From Calcarisporiella thermophila CBS 279.70 (Eukaryota; Fungi; Calcarisporiellomycota): 64,000 bases of DNA. The notes beneath the pieces are model-generated. The model was not told the origin of the DNA and did not search any database. It saw only the letters and a program-made list of their open reading frames with translations. Both the position numbers and the translations under genes were made by a program. Shown one piece after another: positions 1 to 12,664 of this stretch (its first letter is position 1; each line of letters starts with the position of its first letter). The DNA lies in contig NW_027192197.1 in the NCBI RefSeq assembly GCF_041956535.1, positions 1,066,036 to 1,130,035 on the forward strand. Direction: 5' to 3'.

Positions 1-260
1 GGAGGAGCCTTACAATGAACATCGCACGTTAGCCAGCCGTTTATATTAAAAAATATATATTGTTTACAAAGCATTCACATATAATTTTTGTGTTCAAGCT
101 AAAGAAAATTAAGGCGATTCTCGACGCTGCTCTCTATAGAAAAAAAAAATCCAAAAGATAATGTTGAAACCAACGAACATAAATGAAGAAAACGCGAAAG
201 GAATATAAAATTAAAGTGATAAAAAAAAGGACCAAATGCCCTGACCCATTTCACCTTGCT

Positions 261-1127
261 TCAATTCTTATCGAAAATGTGTTTACCCCTCTGCTGGTAG
301 CTGGTCATAGGTTTCCCGCTCCCGGTGACTCCAACTATTGTCAAGGGAAAAAAAAAAATTAGTCAAAATGGGTGGATCAAGTCAATGGAATAGCGTACCT
401 TTAGCATGGGGGTTGTCCGGCGTGGCAAAGATACTTTTTTTGCCCAGTGCACTGGCTTTCTTCTTGGCCGCCTTTTGTGTGAATTGCTGCCAGGCCTTTT
501 GCTTCTCCTTCTCCTCCCCGCCGGTGGTCTTTTTCTTCCCGGCCTCCTTTCCGGTGGAGGTCTTTGCCTTTTTTGTTTTGGCCCCGGGGGGCAACTCGAA
601 CACAGGAGCTCGTTTCTTTCTCACTTCAACGGGCTCTACATCTTTGGTCAGCACTTTTTCAGTGGTGCCATAGCCTTTAAAGGTAACGACATACCCGTCT
701 GACTGGGAGGCAACTACGGTGGCGGGATAAAACTGATTGTCCCCCGACCAGCGTGCCATGACTTCATCTCCAGACTGGAATTTGTCTTTGCTAGTGGTGG
801 AGGAGGGTGCATTTCCATTGGTTAATGACGATGAGACGGGAGAGGCTGAGGCTGAGGTGGACGGTTTCTTTTTTTCCGATGTGGGAGCAGGTTGGAGGAT
901 CTGCTGGGTGAGATTGATGAGATCAGTGAGATCGGCCTTGAGTTTGAGAAAGTCTTGATTGTTAGGATCTTTGGCAAGCGCCAACTGAAAACGTTAAATA
1001 ACGCAAAGAATGCAAAAATTAGACAACAAAGTCATTGGGCTGCCAATCAGGGCGCACTGCACAAGACACTTACTTCTACTTGATCGAGCTGGTATTTGTA
1101 ATTGGCAAGATCTTCTTCAGCGCTCAT
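261..1127 (-). CDS. SPF30: SMN-related splicing factor SPF30/SMNDC1 (Tudor domain), 3 exons
   Basis: Spliced N-terminus MSAEEDLANYKYQLDQVE-LALAKDPNNQDFLKLKADL, Tudor core GDEVMARWSGDNQFYPATV, conserved tail KKSIFATPDNPHAK-VGVTGSGKPMT; GT-AG introns; stop TGA at 261-263. Confidence 0.9.
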
Positions 1128-1340
1128 GTCACCTTGTGTTATGATGGATCCCGATGATCAACAATATCGTTCAAGAACTGCGGTTTGTTTCGTCAATTTG
1201 TGACTGCAAAAACCTAGGCGCTGAATTTCGATCGAAAAGAGGGAGTCCGCCTCCCACCGACTTTTTATTAAAAAGCTCCTTACTTTTTCCCAGACTCTTT
1301 ACCATTCATCAGCCAACTGGCAACTGTGAAAACAACAGCA

Positions 1341-1837
1341 ATGTCGAATTCCAACCAAGCTGTCCGTATTATTTACAAGGATCACGACAGCGGGCGCGAG
1401 TTTTTTGTATACGCTAATCCGGGCATGGTACCCTAGCTGTAGCCCCCCACCCTCCTCCTCTCTTAGGGGCTTTTTTTTTGAAGGAGAATTCGATAACTCA
1501 TGCCATTTTCCTTGTGCTTTTTTTTATCCTGCAGGCCGAAAAGTATCGTAAAGACAAGACCATTCCGCTTGTCGAGGTCCTGCAATCCGATAAGGTGTTT
1601 GATGTGGACCAGGGTGGAAACACGGGACAAGCCAGTTCGCCCCCCAATTCCACGCTTGAGAACACATTTGGTACGAAGGATAGGTGGAGCATTGCGCAAC
1701 GCATTGTCGAAGAGGGAGACATTAAGGGAATACACTGGTCAGCGCATGGCGGAATTCTCCAGAAAGAACAAAAGGGGGCGTTCGGGAAGGGAGGGCTAAA
1801 GCAAGGGGATGTACACGACACCAACTTTTTGCGCTAA
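1341..1837 (+). CDS. RTC3: SBDS N-terminal-domain protein (Rtc3/SDO1-like), 2 exons
   Basis: MSNSNQAVRIIYKDHDSGREFFVYANPGM spliced to AEKYRKDKTIPLVEVLQSDKVF...PPNSTLENTFGTKD...IVEEGDIK, the typical Rtc3 pattern. Divergent from SPF30 across ~210 bp. Confidence 0.8.
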
Positions 1838-2307
1838 GGGTTTTGTTGAGGATGAAGATGCGTTGTTTTTGTATTGATATGCATGTATTTGGACGTTTTT
1901 TCTTTTGAAGTAAATATGTGTTTTAGAAAAGGCGACAAAGCACGACGGCTCCATGTTAAATTTTCAATCTTTGTATCTCTTCCTCTTCGGCTTTGCCTAT
2001 ACTAAGGTGCTTCGTGGCGCTCCCACGAAAGACCCACTCGAGTCTCTACCTGACGCTTACCAATTTGGTGGCCTAGCCCGGTTGGGGCCATTTCGTCATC
2101 AGCAGTAGCAAATTCTTCATCGCGTAACACCCGTCAAAGCATGTTAAGATCGATCATGCACTTATCTTTACTCCTGGCGTGCCCAACCCCCCCAAAAGTT
2201 TGCGATCTTTCTTAGCGCACCATTTTTCTCATCATCCTGCTCCCCCTTACGCTCTCCGTCCCATAGTAATGGCGGGGTGTCATTTCCATGGAGCCGTGTC
2301 TGGCTGA

Positions 2308-2345
2308 CTCTATTTAGCTAGTCTCTATTTAGCTAGTCTCTATTT
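2308..2345. repeat. 15-bp tandem repeat (CTCTATTTAGCTAGT x2.5)
   Basis: Exact copies at 2308-2322 and 2323-2337, partial copy at 2338-2345. Confidence 0.9.
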
Positions 2346-2594
2346 GGACTACGGTCCTTTGTATGGTAATCCTACCCAGCTCCCAGAACTCCCCTCCAAT
2401 ATGCAAAAATACAAACAAGAGTCCTCTACCTCGAGCCGGTCCTATTTTTCGGATTAGAAGTAGTAACATTTTATTATCATTGCTTTACAAGGGTGGAAAG
2501 AAATGTTCTTTTTTTCGTCTCCTATATAATCTCTATAAAATGGACTATATGCCAACCACGTCGATCTCCTCCTGCGAGTCCTCCTCTTCCTGCG

Positions 2595-3570
2595 TCAGCG
2601 CAATGGTCTCCTCCCGTGCAAAATAGTCCCCTCTTCTCCGTTGCCGTGTGGATCTTGCCGGGGGGGCGGGCCGCTTCTTTCCTCGCTTGGAGCTGTTGGT
2701 AGAGGGGGGGGGTTGGGTGGGGGTGGGGGGGGGGAGTGGTAGGAGGGGGTGGAGTTCGGTGTTCTTCTCGGTCGTTTCGAGGTTCCCATTTCTGAGTGTA
2801 AGGGAGAGGCGAGACAGGACTCGACGTAGGCGTGCAGCTCGTTGAGCGTTGCCTCGTCCAGCGTTGATAGATCCACCACGAACTCCTCTTCCTCCTCCTC
2901 GTCCTCCGCGGGTTTATGTGCGCCTGTGAGGATATCCACCACTCCGCCGAGCTTCTCGGCGGGCAGCCGCCGGGTGATTTTATCAAGCAGCTCCTCCTCC
3001 GCCAGCTTGCGGATTTTACTCTCTTCACTTGGGGCCTCTACGATGTTGACTATGCGGTCGTCCTCTTCCTCCTCATCGCTCTCCAGGTTGTCCTCCTCTT
3101 CGGAGGAGGAGGAGAGTGCATCGCTTGGTATTGAGTATCCGGGTTCAAAATGTGTGGTTGGTGCCTGTACAATTGCTTGAACGGTGGAGGGGGGTATTGT
3201 TGCTTCAATGGGGGTTGATTGTGTTTCATACGACGAAACCATGGCATCTGCAAAACAAAATGTCACACCGCATTTAGCTCGTCATGGCGCGCGAAAAAGG
3301 GTAAACAAACAATTTCAACCCACCGAAAAGCTCATTTGTTAGCACCGCCGGCGGTACACACATCTCTCCCCATCCTACATCCATCCAACTCAAACCATTT
3401 CTACAAGCAACAGCAGGTTAGTGTCCAATCGTCAACATGTTTCCGCTTTCCGCCAACCGCCACACTTACTGATATAATAGCATCTCCACTTCTTCTGTAA
3501 GGTCTTCTGCCAGGTCTTCTGTGCCCCCCTCACCGTCTTCCAGCCAAGTTTCCTCGACGGGGTTATGCTG
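2595..3570 (-). CDS. Acidic protein with an extra-terminal (ET/NET)-like domain; 5' exons uncertain
   Basis: EELLDKITRRLPAEKLGGVVDIL...EEEFVVDLSTLDEATLNELHAYV resembles BET/Taf14 ET domains. An upstream acidic exon (HNPVEETWLEDGEGG...) follows an acceptor near 3570. Start codon not resolved. Confidence 0.6.
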
Positions 3571-4565
3571 TAGTAGAGAGAAAGATGTGTGATCCTTGGT
3601 GGCCTCTGCTGGGGCATGCTGATTGAGAACAGTGAGGCTATGGTGAAAAGAGGTCAGCGGTGAGGGTAAAACGAAGGCGATTGGGGTTGTTCATTTACCC
3701 TCCCATTTATTTAATGTCTATTTCTCGCGTTGGTTTTGCTCCAGGTAGAATATTTTTTGTTTGGGTACTTTGAGAGGGTCGATGAATTGAGGTAGAGTGG
3801 GGAAGTTCCAAAAACAATAGAGGGGATGAATAATAGTAATAGGGGTGGGATTGTTTATAGAGTGGAAAGCAAGATGTGCATTATATATTTTTTTTTCTAG
3901 TAGTGCGGAACGGGAATAAATGAAGGAAATAAAGTGTAAATAATAAACAAGAAAAACTCGAAAATTTTTCCTCAGATTCGAGGAGTCGCGTGAGAGGCCC
4001 GATCCTAAATCCACTCACTTCCCACAATCCCAGAGAAATTGCCGAACTCTTACAAACTCGGCCGCCCTCAATTTGCGTGGTCCCCTTAGTTGATAGAAGC
4101 GCTTGAGCCTCGACCCTAAATTCTTATAAGAAAACCCATTGCTTTCTTACAAGTTAGAGGCCCTTGTGCAAGAGACAAAAGTTGCTTCCCAAGATCGGAT
4201 GAGCGTCTCTTTGTGCTCTGACGGCCCGTAAAGCAGCGACATCACATCACATCACACCAGAGAAGAGAAACAAGCCTTTCGAAAGAGACTGGGGGGGGGG
4301 AGGCTTTATGATATTTTCAATTTCAAAACAGTACAAAAATTGATGAGGAAACTGAATGAATGAGTATACAAAAAAGGGAGGGGGAAAAATATATATATAA
4401 TAAATAAATATAACATACATGAAACAGATCCTATGTAGCCGACAATGAGAAAATTATATATGTGCAGAGAGTATCAAAGAACATAGACAAACAAGCCAAG
4501 GAAGCAAGAAAAAAAAAACCGAATCAAGACCAAGAAACTCGAAAATATCCCAACCGAAGGCAGCG

Positions 4566-5340
4566 TCACTCTATTCTAATTCCGCTTACGCTCATGCTTC
4601 TTGCCCGCATCTTCGTCTCCATCGCAGGATGCTCTTTAAACCGGACCTCGCTCATCCTTCGATGCCTGACGCGACCTTCCTCCAGCTCCTTCTCCTTCAC
4701 GAACACCGCTGCGTTTGCAAGCAAGTCCATTCCCCCGCTTTCGGGCGCTGGCATCACCAAATAGGAAACGGGGGAATGGGGTATTGAGTAGGGATGCAGC
4801 TGGCTAGGCGGGAATGGAGAGGTGGTGGGTGTCAGAGGGGAGAACGAGAGCGGCTGCGACGATGTCCGGGGCACAATCTTGATGGGGGCGGGGGCGATGA
4901 CGCGGCCCGCCAGGTGATGCTGGGCCTGGTGCTTCTGGGAGGCGAGATAGGGATGGCTGCGGAGCTGGGCCAGGGATTGCTGCAAGGCTTTTTGTCGGTT
5001 GACCTTGGCGCGGCGATTCTGGAACCAGATCTAATAGCAACATACACAAAACACACAGAGGGCGCCGTCAATCCTACCTGCCCTCTCCATGATGACTTCA
5101 GCAGCCACTGACCTGCACCTCTCTGTTCGACATTCCAAGCCGCTTCCCAATTCCCTCGCGCACTTCGAAGCTCGGGGTGTCGGTCTTGTCGAAGAGATCG
5201 GAGAGCTCCTTCAGCTGATGCTGGGAAATGCGCTTGCGCTTGGACTTGTTGGCGGGGGGCACGTTTGCCTCCGCCAGCGGGGAATTGTCGCCATTGGCCT
5301 CGTCGATGGGATTGAGCAGGGTGTGAATGCTGTGGTACAT
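4566..5340 (-). CDS. Homeodomain transcription factor, 2 exons
   Basis: KRKRISQHQLKELSDLFDKTDTPSFEVREGIGKRLGMSNREVQ | intron 5031-5112 | IWFQNRRAK, a canonical helix 3. Confidence 0.9.
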
Positions 5341-6670
5341 GATGGCGTCTGGAGAAGTAGCAAGATGGAGAGGGGTTAGTGTGGTGGGCAAGATCATTAG
5401 CAGAGGGGGGGACGTACGGGAGTGCGGAATCGCGGAAACTCCTGAATGAATTCGAAAAGGAAAAAAGGGGAAGCAAGCAGGGTGGAGATAGAGCAAGCTC
5501 GTTGAGTGAAAAATCATTTAAAAACCTGGCGCAATGTGAGTGAGTGCTGGCAGCGCCTGTGATTGGGTTGGGACCAAATTCTGAATTTGCCACCGTTAAA
5601 TCTTATCATTCTTGGGCCCAGCTGGGCTTCTCACGTAAAAATCGCACAAGGCAATAAGCTGAGCTAATTTAAGCATTATGGGCTCCCAAACCTTCTTCTC
5701 CCCGAATACATTATTCGCCTGTATATCTCCCTGAGGGCGCTGCCGGCCGCCGCTGACGGTGCCTGCGCCTCGCCATCCAGGCCACGCTCCCCTCCCCCTG
5801 ACGGCCCGGCTCCCATGCTGGACGCAACCCCGCCGAATTGCTCCGCCACCCCGCGCCGAGCTGCCCCCGAGCGGGGTGAGAGCGGATGGAGTTCAGTAGC
5901 TTTAGGCTCAAGTAATCTGAAATTGGGTCATATGCTCCTGTCGTAGAACATATCAGCTAATATGTGCTATGCTAATACTACGGCTCCACAGATTTAGTCA
6001 GATTTCTTCCCGTCGGGATTGTGTAAACCGATATGGCCTGGATCGAGTGGATTATGAAAACCTGTCCTTTCCCTGGCCAAGATGGGGAGGATGCTCGGGC
6101 ATTCGGTTCCCCGGTAGAGACGCGCTGCACCCACAACTTAACCTATCAAACAACGGAGCCAGATGCCCAGCAAAGCCTACTGTGGAGGGAGTGGGCTTTG
6201 AAGCAGTGGGCAAATCTACGTGGCTTTCCCCCCATCCGCGCAGCTTTGCCTTGTCTTTTGGAAAGTCCTACGCCTGTTCTCAAGGGGTCTATTGCCTAGG
6301 AGATGTCTTGACCTTCGGATGGAAGAAGAGGGCTGTGGTGCAGCTTGCAGACGACTCGGCGTCTGGAATACTTTGGCTAAAGAGTAGCTGCTCGTGGAGC
6401 ATGTTTTAAAACTTGCAATTTGCACGGAAAAGTTAATTGCAAGATGATCCGAGTCACACACCTCTAATGGAAGAGGACCGAGGCTAGAACGCTTTTGTAA
6501 AAACTTCAGATTGTACTTGTTTATTCAAAATTGAGTTGACTAGAGTAGAATAGAAATACATAGGTACGGGATTCGACAAGGAAAAAGAGTGTGATCTCCA
6601 TAAAGTGGTGGCAAGTAAGTATACATGACACATCAACAGCCCGACCTCACGGGAAAACCTCGCCCTTGAA

Positions 6671-8014
6671 TTAGAGGTGCAATAATCTGGCCTGGATCTG
6701 GTTGAGAAGAGCCTCTTGAGCGGCAAACGCCTGAGGTGTGACACCAAACCTGCGGAGTCCTTGGGCCATCGCATCAGTGACCCTCACGTTCATCCAGTTG
6801 TCCCTCTTGGCCACTTTGGCATCCGCCGCATGGTCCCCAGTGGGCTTCTGTAGCTCAGCCTGAAGCTCAGCCTGAAGCTCGGCCTGCAGCTCGTTCAACA
6901 AGGCTTCCTCCTTGGCGAACTCTTCGGGCGAAACACCCATGGAGCGGAGCACATTGGCCGTCTCGTCCTCGTTGCTTCGCTTGGCCACTCTAGAGTTAGC
7001 GCCATGCATGGAGCCCTGGTATTTGGCCTGCAAAAGATTGAGAAGCTGCTCCTCGGCCTCAAGCTGCTGAGGAGAAACTCCCATCGATTGGAGAGCACTG
7101 GCCATCTCAGAAGTGATCTTCACACTCTGGGGGGTGGAGGCGGCAGCTTGCTGGGCAGCCCGCTTAGCCATTTTGGGGGCGGAGGTGGCACCCTGCTGTT
7201 TGGTCTGCTCAGCGCTCAGTGAGGCCTCCTCAGCAGCAAGCTGCTCTGGAGTAATTCCCATCGAGCGGAGCTCGTTGGCCATTTCGGGAGTGATGTTCAT
7301 TCCCGCTGGCGAGGCGCCAGTGCCGGCAGCAGAGGCACCCTGCGGACTACCCTGCTTCGATGCGTCGTCCACCTTGGCAGCGCTGGCGGTCTTATCAGCA
7401 CTGGCGTTCTGTGGCTGAGTGGTTGGCGCGTCGGCGCTGACACCGGCAGCGGCCTGCTGCTGCTGCTGCTGCTGCTGCTGGGGTTGTCCAGCCATCTCGG
7501 GCGCAATGTTGGCACCTTCAGGAGCAGGGGCAGAAGCAGCTTCCACCGGCATTGCTGGGGCTGAAGGTCGAGACTGCCCTTGCGTGCCCCTAATCATATC
7601 AATCTGAGCTTGAATATTTCTACTCACTGCCTCGCGCTGGACCTCAAGAGCTCGGATCAGGGCTTCCGAACCGGGAGCCTGGGCCTTGATCACATTAACT
7701 TGCTCATCATAGGCTTTCAACACATTTCTAAGTTCACTCTCGAGCTCAGATGCGGATCCGAAAATCGCAATTTCGGCGGGTAGTTGCTGCTGCTGCTGTT
7801 GCTGCGGCTGCGAAACTGGCACCAGCTGCTGGGCTTGTTGGGCCTCGGAAGATTTAGCTTGAGTGTCGACGGCTTGGGCTTGTGCAGGCACCGCATCCGG
7901 GGCCGGGAGAGCCGCGCTCACCTCACCGGGAGCTTGATCTCTTTGGTGGAGAGGGAAGCCGGTGGCAAGGAGAGTGGAGGCCAGGAGGAAAGAAGCTAGA
8001 GTAATTGCCTTCAT
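6671..8014 (-). CDS. Secreted precursor with four ~30-aa repeats separated by AKR sites (Kex2-processed repeat protein-like)
   Basis: Intronless 447-aa ORF, signal peptide MKAITLASFLLASTLLATG, Q/A-rich spacer, repeats with consensus MAxxLrsMGvtPeqlaaEEaLLxxlQ, three AKR sites between repeats. Confidence 0.8.
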   Translation of the reverse strand: MKAITLASFLLASTLLATGFPLHQRDQAPGEVSAALPAPDAVPAQAQAVDTQAKSSEAQQAQQLVPVSQPQQQQQQQLPAEIAIFGSASELESELRNVLKAYDEQVNVIKAQAPGSEALIRALEVQREAVSRNIQAQIDMIRGTQGQSRPSAPAMPVEAASAPAPEGANIAPEMAGQPQQQQQQQQQAAAGVSADAPTTQPQNASADKTASAAKVDDASKQGSPQGASAAGTGASPAGMNITPEMANELRSMGITPEQLAAEEASLSAEQTKQQGATSAPKMAKRAAQQAAASTPQSVKITSEMASALQSMGVSPQQLEAEEQLLNLLQAKYQGSMHGANSRVAKRSNEDETANVLRSMGVSPEEFAKEEALLNELQAELQAELQAELQKPTGDHAADAKVAKRDNWMNVRVTDAMAQGLRRFGVTPQAFAAQEALLNQIQARLLHL

Positions 8015-8160
8015 ATTTCGAGGAATGAGTGGTTAGAGTGATTAGAGTCGGGAGACCACAAAGAAAAATGAGTGTAGTGTAGTGTAGTGAAAGGAGAGGA
8101 GCGACGAGTCGAGATCGAGTAAGGATGAAAAAAGGTGCCCTCTACTGCATGCCCTTCCGC

Positions 8161-8170
8161 CCTTTATATA
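8161..8170 (-). promoter_or_regulatory. TATA box of the secreted repeat-protein gene
   Basis: TATATAAAGG on the minus strand about 150 bp upstream of the ATG at 8014. Confidence 0.5.
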
Positions 8171-8896
8171 CAGAATCGTCAACGGAGACATGTCTCTTGA
8201 GAATCGTGTAGCTCAAGGGCGCATGGCGCAAGCACGACAGGGTCACCAATGACAAGCTCCCATGGGTACTTTATGCCGTATCCCTCCAAGCTGCCAAAAC
8301 CTCCCCCGAAGATGATGGCATGGTCATGAGAAACCCGCCAGACCAACTCTTGCCCAATGCGGTGCCCATCAAATGAAAACTGGTGAAATTGGCCATGGCT
8401 ACGGCCTCTCCTCACAGGTCACATTTTACATAATTGCCCGAAGGGTGTAAAACGGTTGGATTCTGAAATTCTGAAATTTCCAAATCGATCCCTGCCCTCC
8501 GGGGATTCGCCATTTCCGATTCGAAGAGGGGGGGGATATTTTCACTGCGAATATGCTAATTTTATGCCAAGTAGTTTCATCTGTGCGTGGACTAAGCGTT
8601 AGGGGTCTCTGGCCGGTTCAAGTGCAACTTGGGCAGTGACATTTGAGCCGAACCCAGCTTAAGTAAGAAAACGATTGACAGGTGGCTCTTTTCGGGTAGA
8701 GTGCAAAGATTCATTAAATACAATCCCCACCAACACCCCTCCTTTTACACAGGGCAATATTTCAAAGCAAAGACACTGTAATTTATAATGCAAAGGATAC
8801 ACCAAGTGATGCGTGACGAAAAAGGATATAGAAGGAAAATGCTAATGAATTCTGACTTGGGTGCTAGATGCGTGCACCAGGATTAAATAGCTTGGA

Positions 8897-11800
8897 CTAG
8901 CTACTGTAATAACCGCCCTGCTGGGCCCCATGATAGCTGAGATAATGGGGAATATGGTTGTGAGGAGGGGGTGGCGGCGGTGGCGGCGGTGCGGGGGTAG
9001 AGTGAGGAGTGGACGTCCCCCCTTCTATGGAGATTAAAGTGTGGGGTTGCGCAGGGACCAAAAGAGAGGTTGCTGAGGGGTCATTCAGTCTATACCCCTG
9101 ACTGTGGCTAGTGGATCGGTCGCTCGTCTCGCTCCTCTCCTCCACATCTCGAATAAACTCCTTCTCCCCAATCTCGAAAAATCTCGTGGCACCAGGAGGC
9201 GGCCTCATCAGTGGCACGCCCGTCTCTTCCAAAGGCACGCTGGGTCGAGCGGCGGAGGCATAGGAGGGGGTTGGATGAGCTCCGTATGGCACTATGCCCG
9301 CAAGCTCTTGCATCTGACGCTCCATACGCTTTTGTTTGCGGACGCGATATCGCTCCCAGTCTTCCCAGCGCTTCATCATGAGCTTGGAGGAATCGAATTG
9401 ACCATCTTTATTCCCATGGTGGTCGCCTTTCTTTTCCCCGGAGATTTTCCTAGAGAAACCATCGGCCAGGAAGAGTTAGCTCATTCCCCTGTGAAAGTTC
9501 ATAATTCTTCTAAAGAGGCCATTGTACCAACCTGGTTTCTCCCCAAGAGAAATCGTCAAAATGCCAGTATGCGTAGAGCGGCAAAATGAAGTTCCACACT
9601 GGCAGCGCTAGCAGGTATATTAGCATCCACATCACATATACGAGCTTGCGCGAGGTGAGCAGGATTAGAATCGCGGGAGAAAAAAGGACAAGCAGCAGGA
9701 GTATCAGCGGGATGGCCGAGGCGAACGAGGTGATGGGGGTAAGAGAAATCATAATAATCAACGCGAATGTCAAAGCCAGGCCAATCGGGAGGGACACTGT
9801 CCCAATCAGATCTAAAAACACGACGAACTGCATCGAAAAGCAGAAGGTGCCGCACAGGTTGCGTACAAGAATGAGCTCGAGCAGATTGTGGATAGTGGAG
9901 TTGATCCAACGGCGGCGCTGCGAGAGAAGCACATAGAATTGGTCGGGCACCACCGTTTTGCAGATCGCCTGGGGAAGGAACATCATTTTGCGATGCGGGA
10001 AATTGCGAAGCATAAGAGTCGTTAAAAAGCGGTCTTCTCCGAGGAGCAAGAGGTTCTTCTGGTGGAGCGTATCGACCGTGTTCAGTGAGTACTCTTGGCA
10101 AATTTCGGGCTTAGTAAGGATGGGGACCCAGTCGTTATTACCCTTACGTGCCTTGATCCTAACAATGGAAGAATAGGTTAATGCCAAGCGCTCCCAGTGG
10201 GTGTTTGGTTTGGGCAAAAGATGCTTCAATGTAGTACCTGTACATGCAGAAACACCCGGGCAGACAGGTCACACCACCAAACACCGCTTCGAATGCTTTC
10301 CCAAGACTATATAGAAGAGGTCGAGTTAGGTTCGACAAACCAAATTGATTCGATAGCAATGCATTGAATAGACTTACTGGTGCGAGATGTAATATTCATA
10401 CACTTGGATGGCCGTTACCCAGGAGTCTCGTTTATTTGCAATCTTGGTCTCCCCGCAGAGCCCCATTATCCTTCCGTCGTTGACCATGCAGTTGACCATT
10501 AGCCGCAGGGAATCGGCGTAGACCTTGGTATCTGCATCCACCTATGAACGGAGATGGTTAACACTGTTATTGGAAGGGCAATTCATACAAGGCATCTTAT
10601 CACTGACCATCAAAACGATCTCAAAAAAATCCGGAGTCACCCCCATGATATAGTGGATTTTTCGAAAAATGTCATAGTCAAGCGCGGTCATACGCTCATT
10701 TAAGATAACGCGCGAGAAAAAGTTCATGAGAATTAGTTGAGAATCGCGTTTTCCTCGGTTCCCGGGCTTGGGTTTGGTCTGTTCTTCAGGAGTGCCCCAT
10801 TTCACGACTATAATCATAGGAGTGCGACGGCCTTTGCTACCTTCAAGGGTGAAGTGCAAGTGCAATCAGTGGACGGCACGCCAATTGGGCTTAATATATA
10901 ACAACACTTACAATAGTGTCCCACGTAAACCTTAGCCATATTGTGCTGTTTGGAGCCCTGCGCGACCGCAACATAGCTCTTCGGCTTTGGGTTACGAAAT
11001 TTTGGATCCTCCTCCATCATCCCGATACAAATATCAGGAGTGGAACGCTTATTTCCCACGCCTGTGATTTGTCCGTCTAAATAGGTCATAGAGTGTTCAT
11101 TTAGCAGTGCACTCTTGTTTTAATCAAGTTCAACCCGCACTTTACCTGCAATGATAAAGAGCAGTTTTCTCTCATCTGGGTAGTCGGTCTCGGCCAAACT
11201 CTGGATGGTGTTTCTAATCGATTCCTCGCCTTCGGAATAGCAGGTTATAAGCAAAATAGTAAAGAGGTCGTTGCCTATATTCTCTCCCGAAATTTGCCTG
11301 GCCGGGCTCGAGGGCATAACATGGCCCTCCCACGGGGTGGGTTTTCGCGAAAGCATCTCAAACTGGTTATCCTGCATCAGCCTGGTTGCTTGTTCTTCAA
11401 AAGCACGCTCTCTGGGTTTGCGCGCAAGTCTCCAGGAAATGAACCAGGAGAAAAGAAGAGCCATTGCAAAGCGAGTAATGATAATGCCTAATTGATCGCA
11501 AAACAAGTGTCACTCCCTTTGTTATAAAGCAGGATTAAAGCATCAAACTTACTCAAAACCATTATGAGCATGATCAGAAGGAAAATCGTCGTCGCAAAGC
11601 ATCCAGAGTTGGCGTAAGCTACACGTCCAGCATAATATTTTTCAATCAGGCACTTGATTGTTGGCTGAAGGTCGCTTCGACGATTGAAGAGAAAAGTTGC
11701 ATCCTTCCCATCTGTATTCGATTTTAGCACGCCTCTTATCGCAGCATCAAGAGCATCTCCTGTCGGCTGAGGTTGTGCATTGAGATAGCTAAAGTAATAA

Positions 11801-12664
11801 GACATTAGACATAGGTCTACTGCAGCAAAGATAATAGAGGGATAGAAAAATTTACGGGTCGAAGTTGAGCACTGCCTCTTGAAGGACCAAATAGTTCTTC
11901 AACGCGGGGTGTGAAAGCTGCCCCCAATCAAATCCAACTTGCCGTCGAATGTTTTGTAGGCCGAATGGGCTAGGGTTAGAGCCCGAAACTGCAGGAAATG
12001 GACAGCCGTCGAAGCCATTGTTGGAAGAGCACGGGTCAAAGGTGATGGGGAGAAAGGCTGCAATCTTGGGATCACTGCAGGCAGCCACCGGAGCACGCTG
12101 GAAATAGCCGGTTACATCTGTACCAGCCACTCTAGCCTTCTCGTAAAAGTTCACTTGGGGGGGAACCTTGGACACAGAAACGTTGTAGAGCATACCCTGA
12201 ATGCTAACAAGAGAACCTAGTCATCGAGAATAGAGAAAATATTAATATAAAATTGAAGGGACATGCTAAGTTGTAGAAGAAAAACCTCTCAGTGAAGAAT
12301 CGTTGAAGAAGAGATATGCTTGTGTATTCTCCACATCTTCTGGACGACAAAGTACATACTGCAATCCCACCGTGAGAAATGCGACCAGTGCGCAGAGAAT
12401 GGCTATTATGAGACACAGAGCAATTTTTTCTCGCCATGCTTGCTGCATCTCCGGCTCCGTTTTCCCCAATTTTGCAAGTAAGAATGAAGGAGCCCAAAAT
12501 GTGACTATTCGAGAGAATATGACCCACGGATCGAAGCGGCCTGTCTCCTTTTCTCCTAGTAGCGCCTTCTGCTGCTGTTGACGTTCAGGCCGAATGAGAG
12601 TCCGTGACCGATCTAATGTCGCCCCGCGGCCAATACTAGGATTGGTGTGATAATCCGGAGGCAT
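8897..12664 (-). CDS. Chitin synthase, class IV (Chs3-like), multi-exon
   Basis: [74 protein letters not shown]. Confidence 0.95.
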
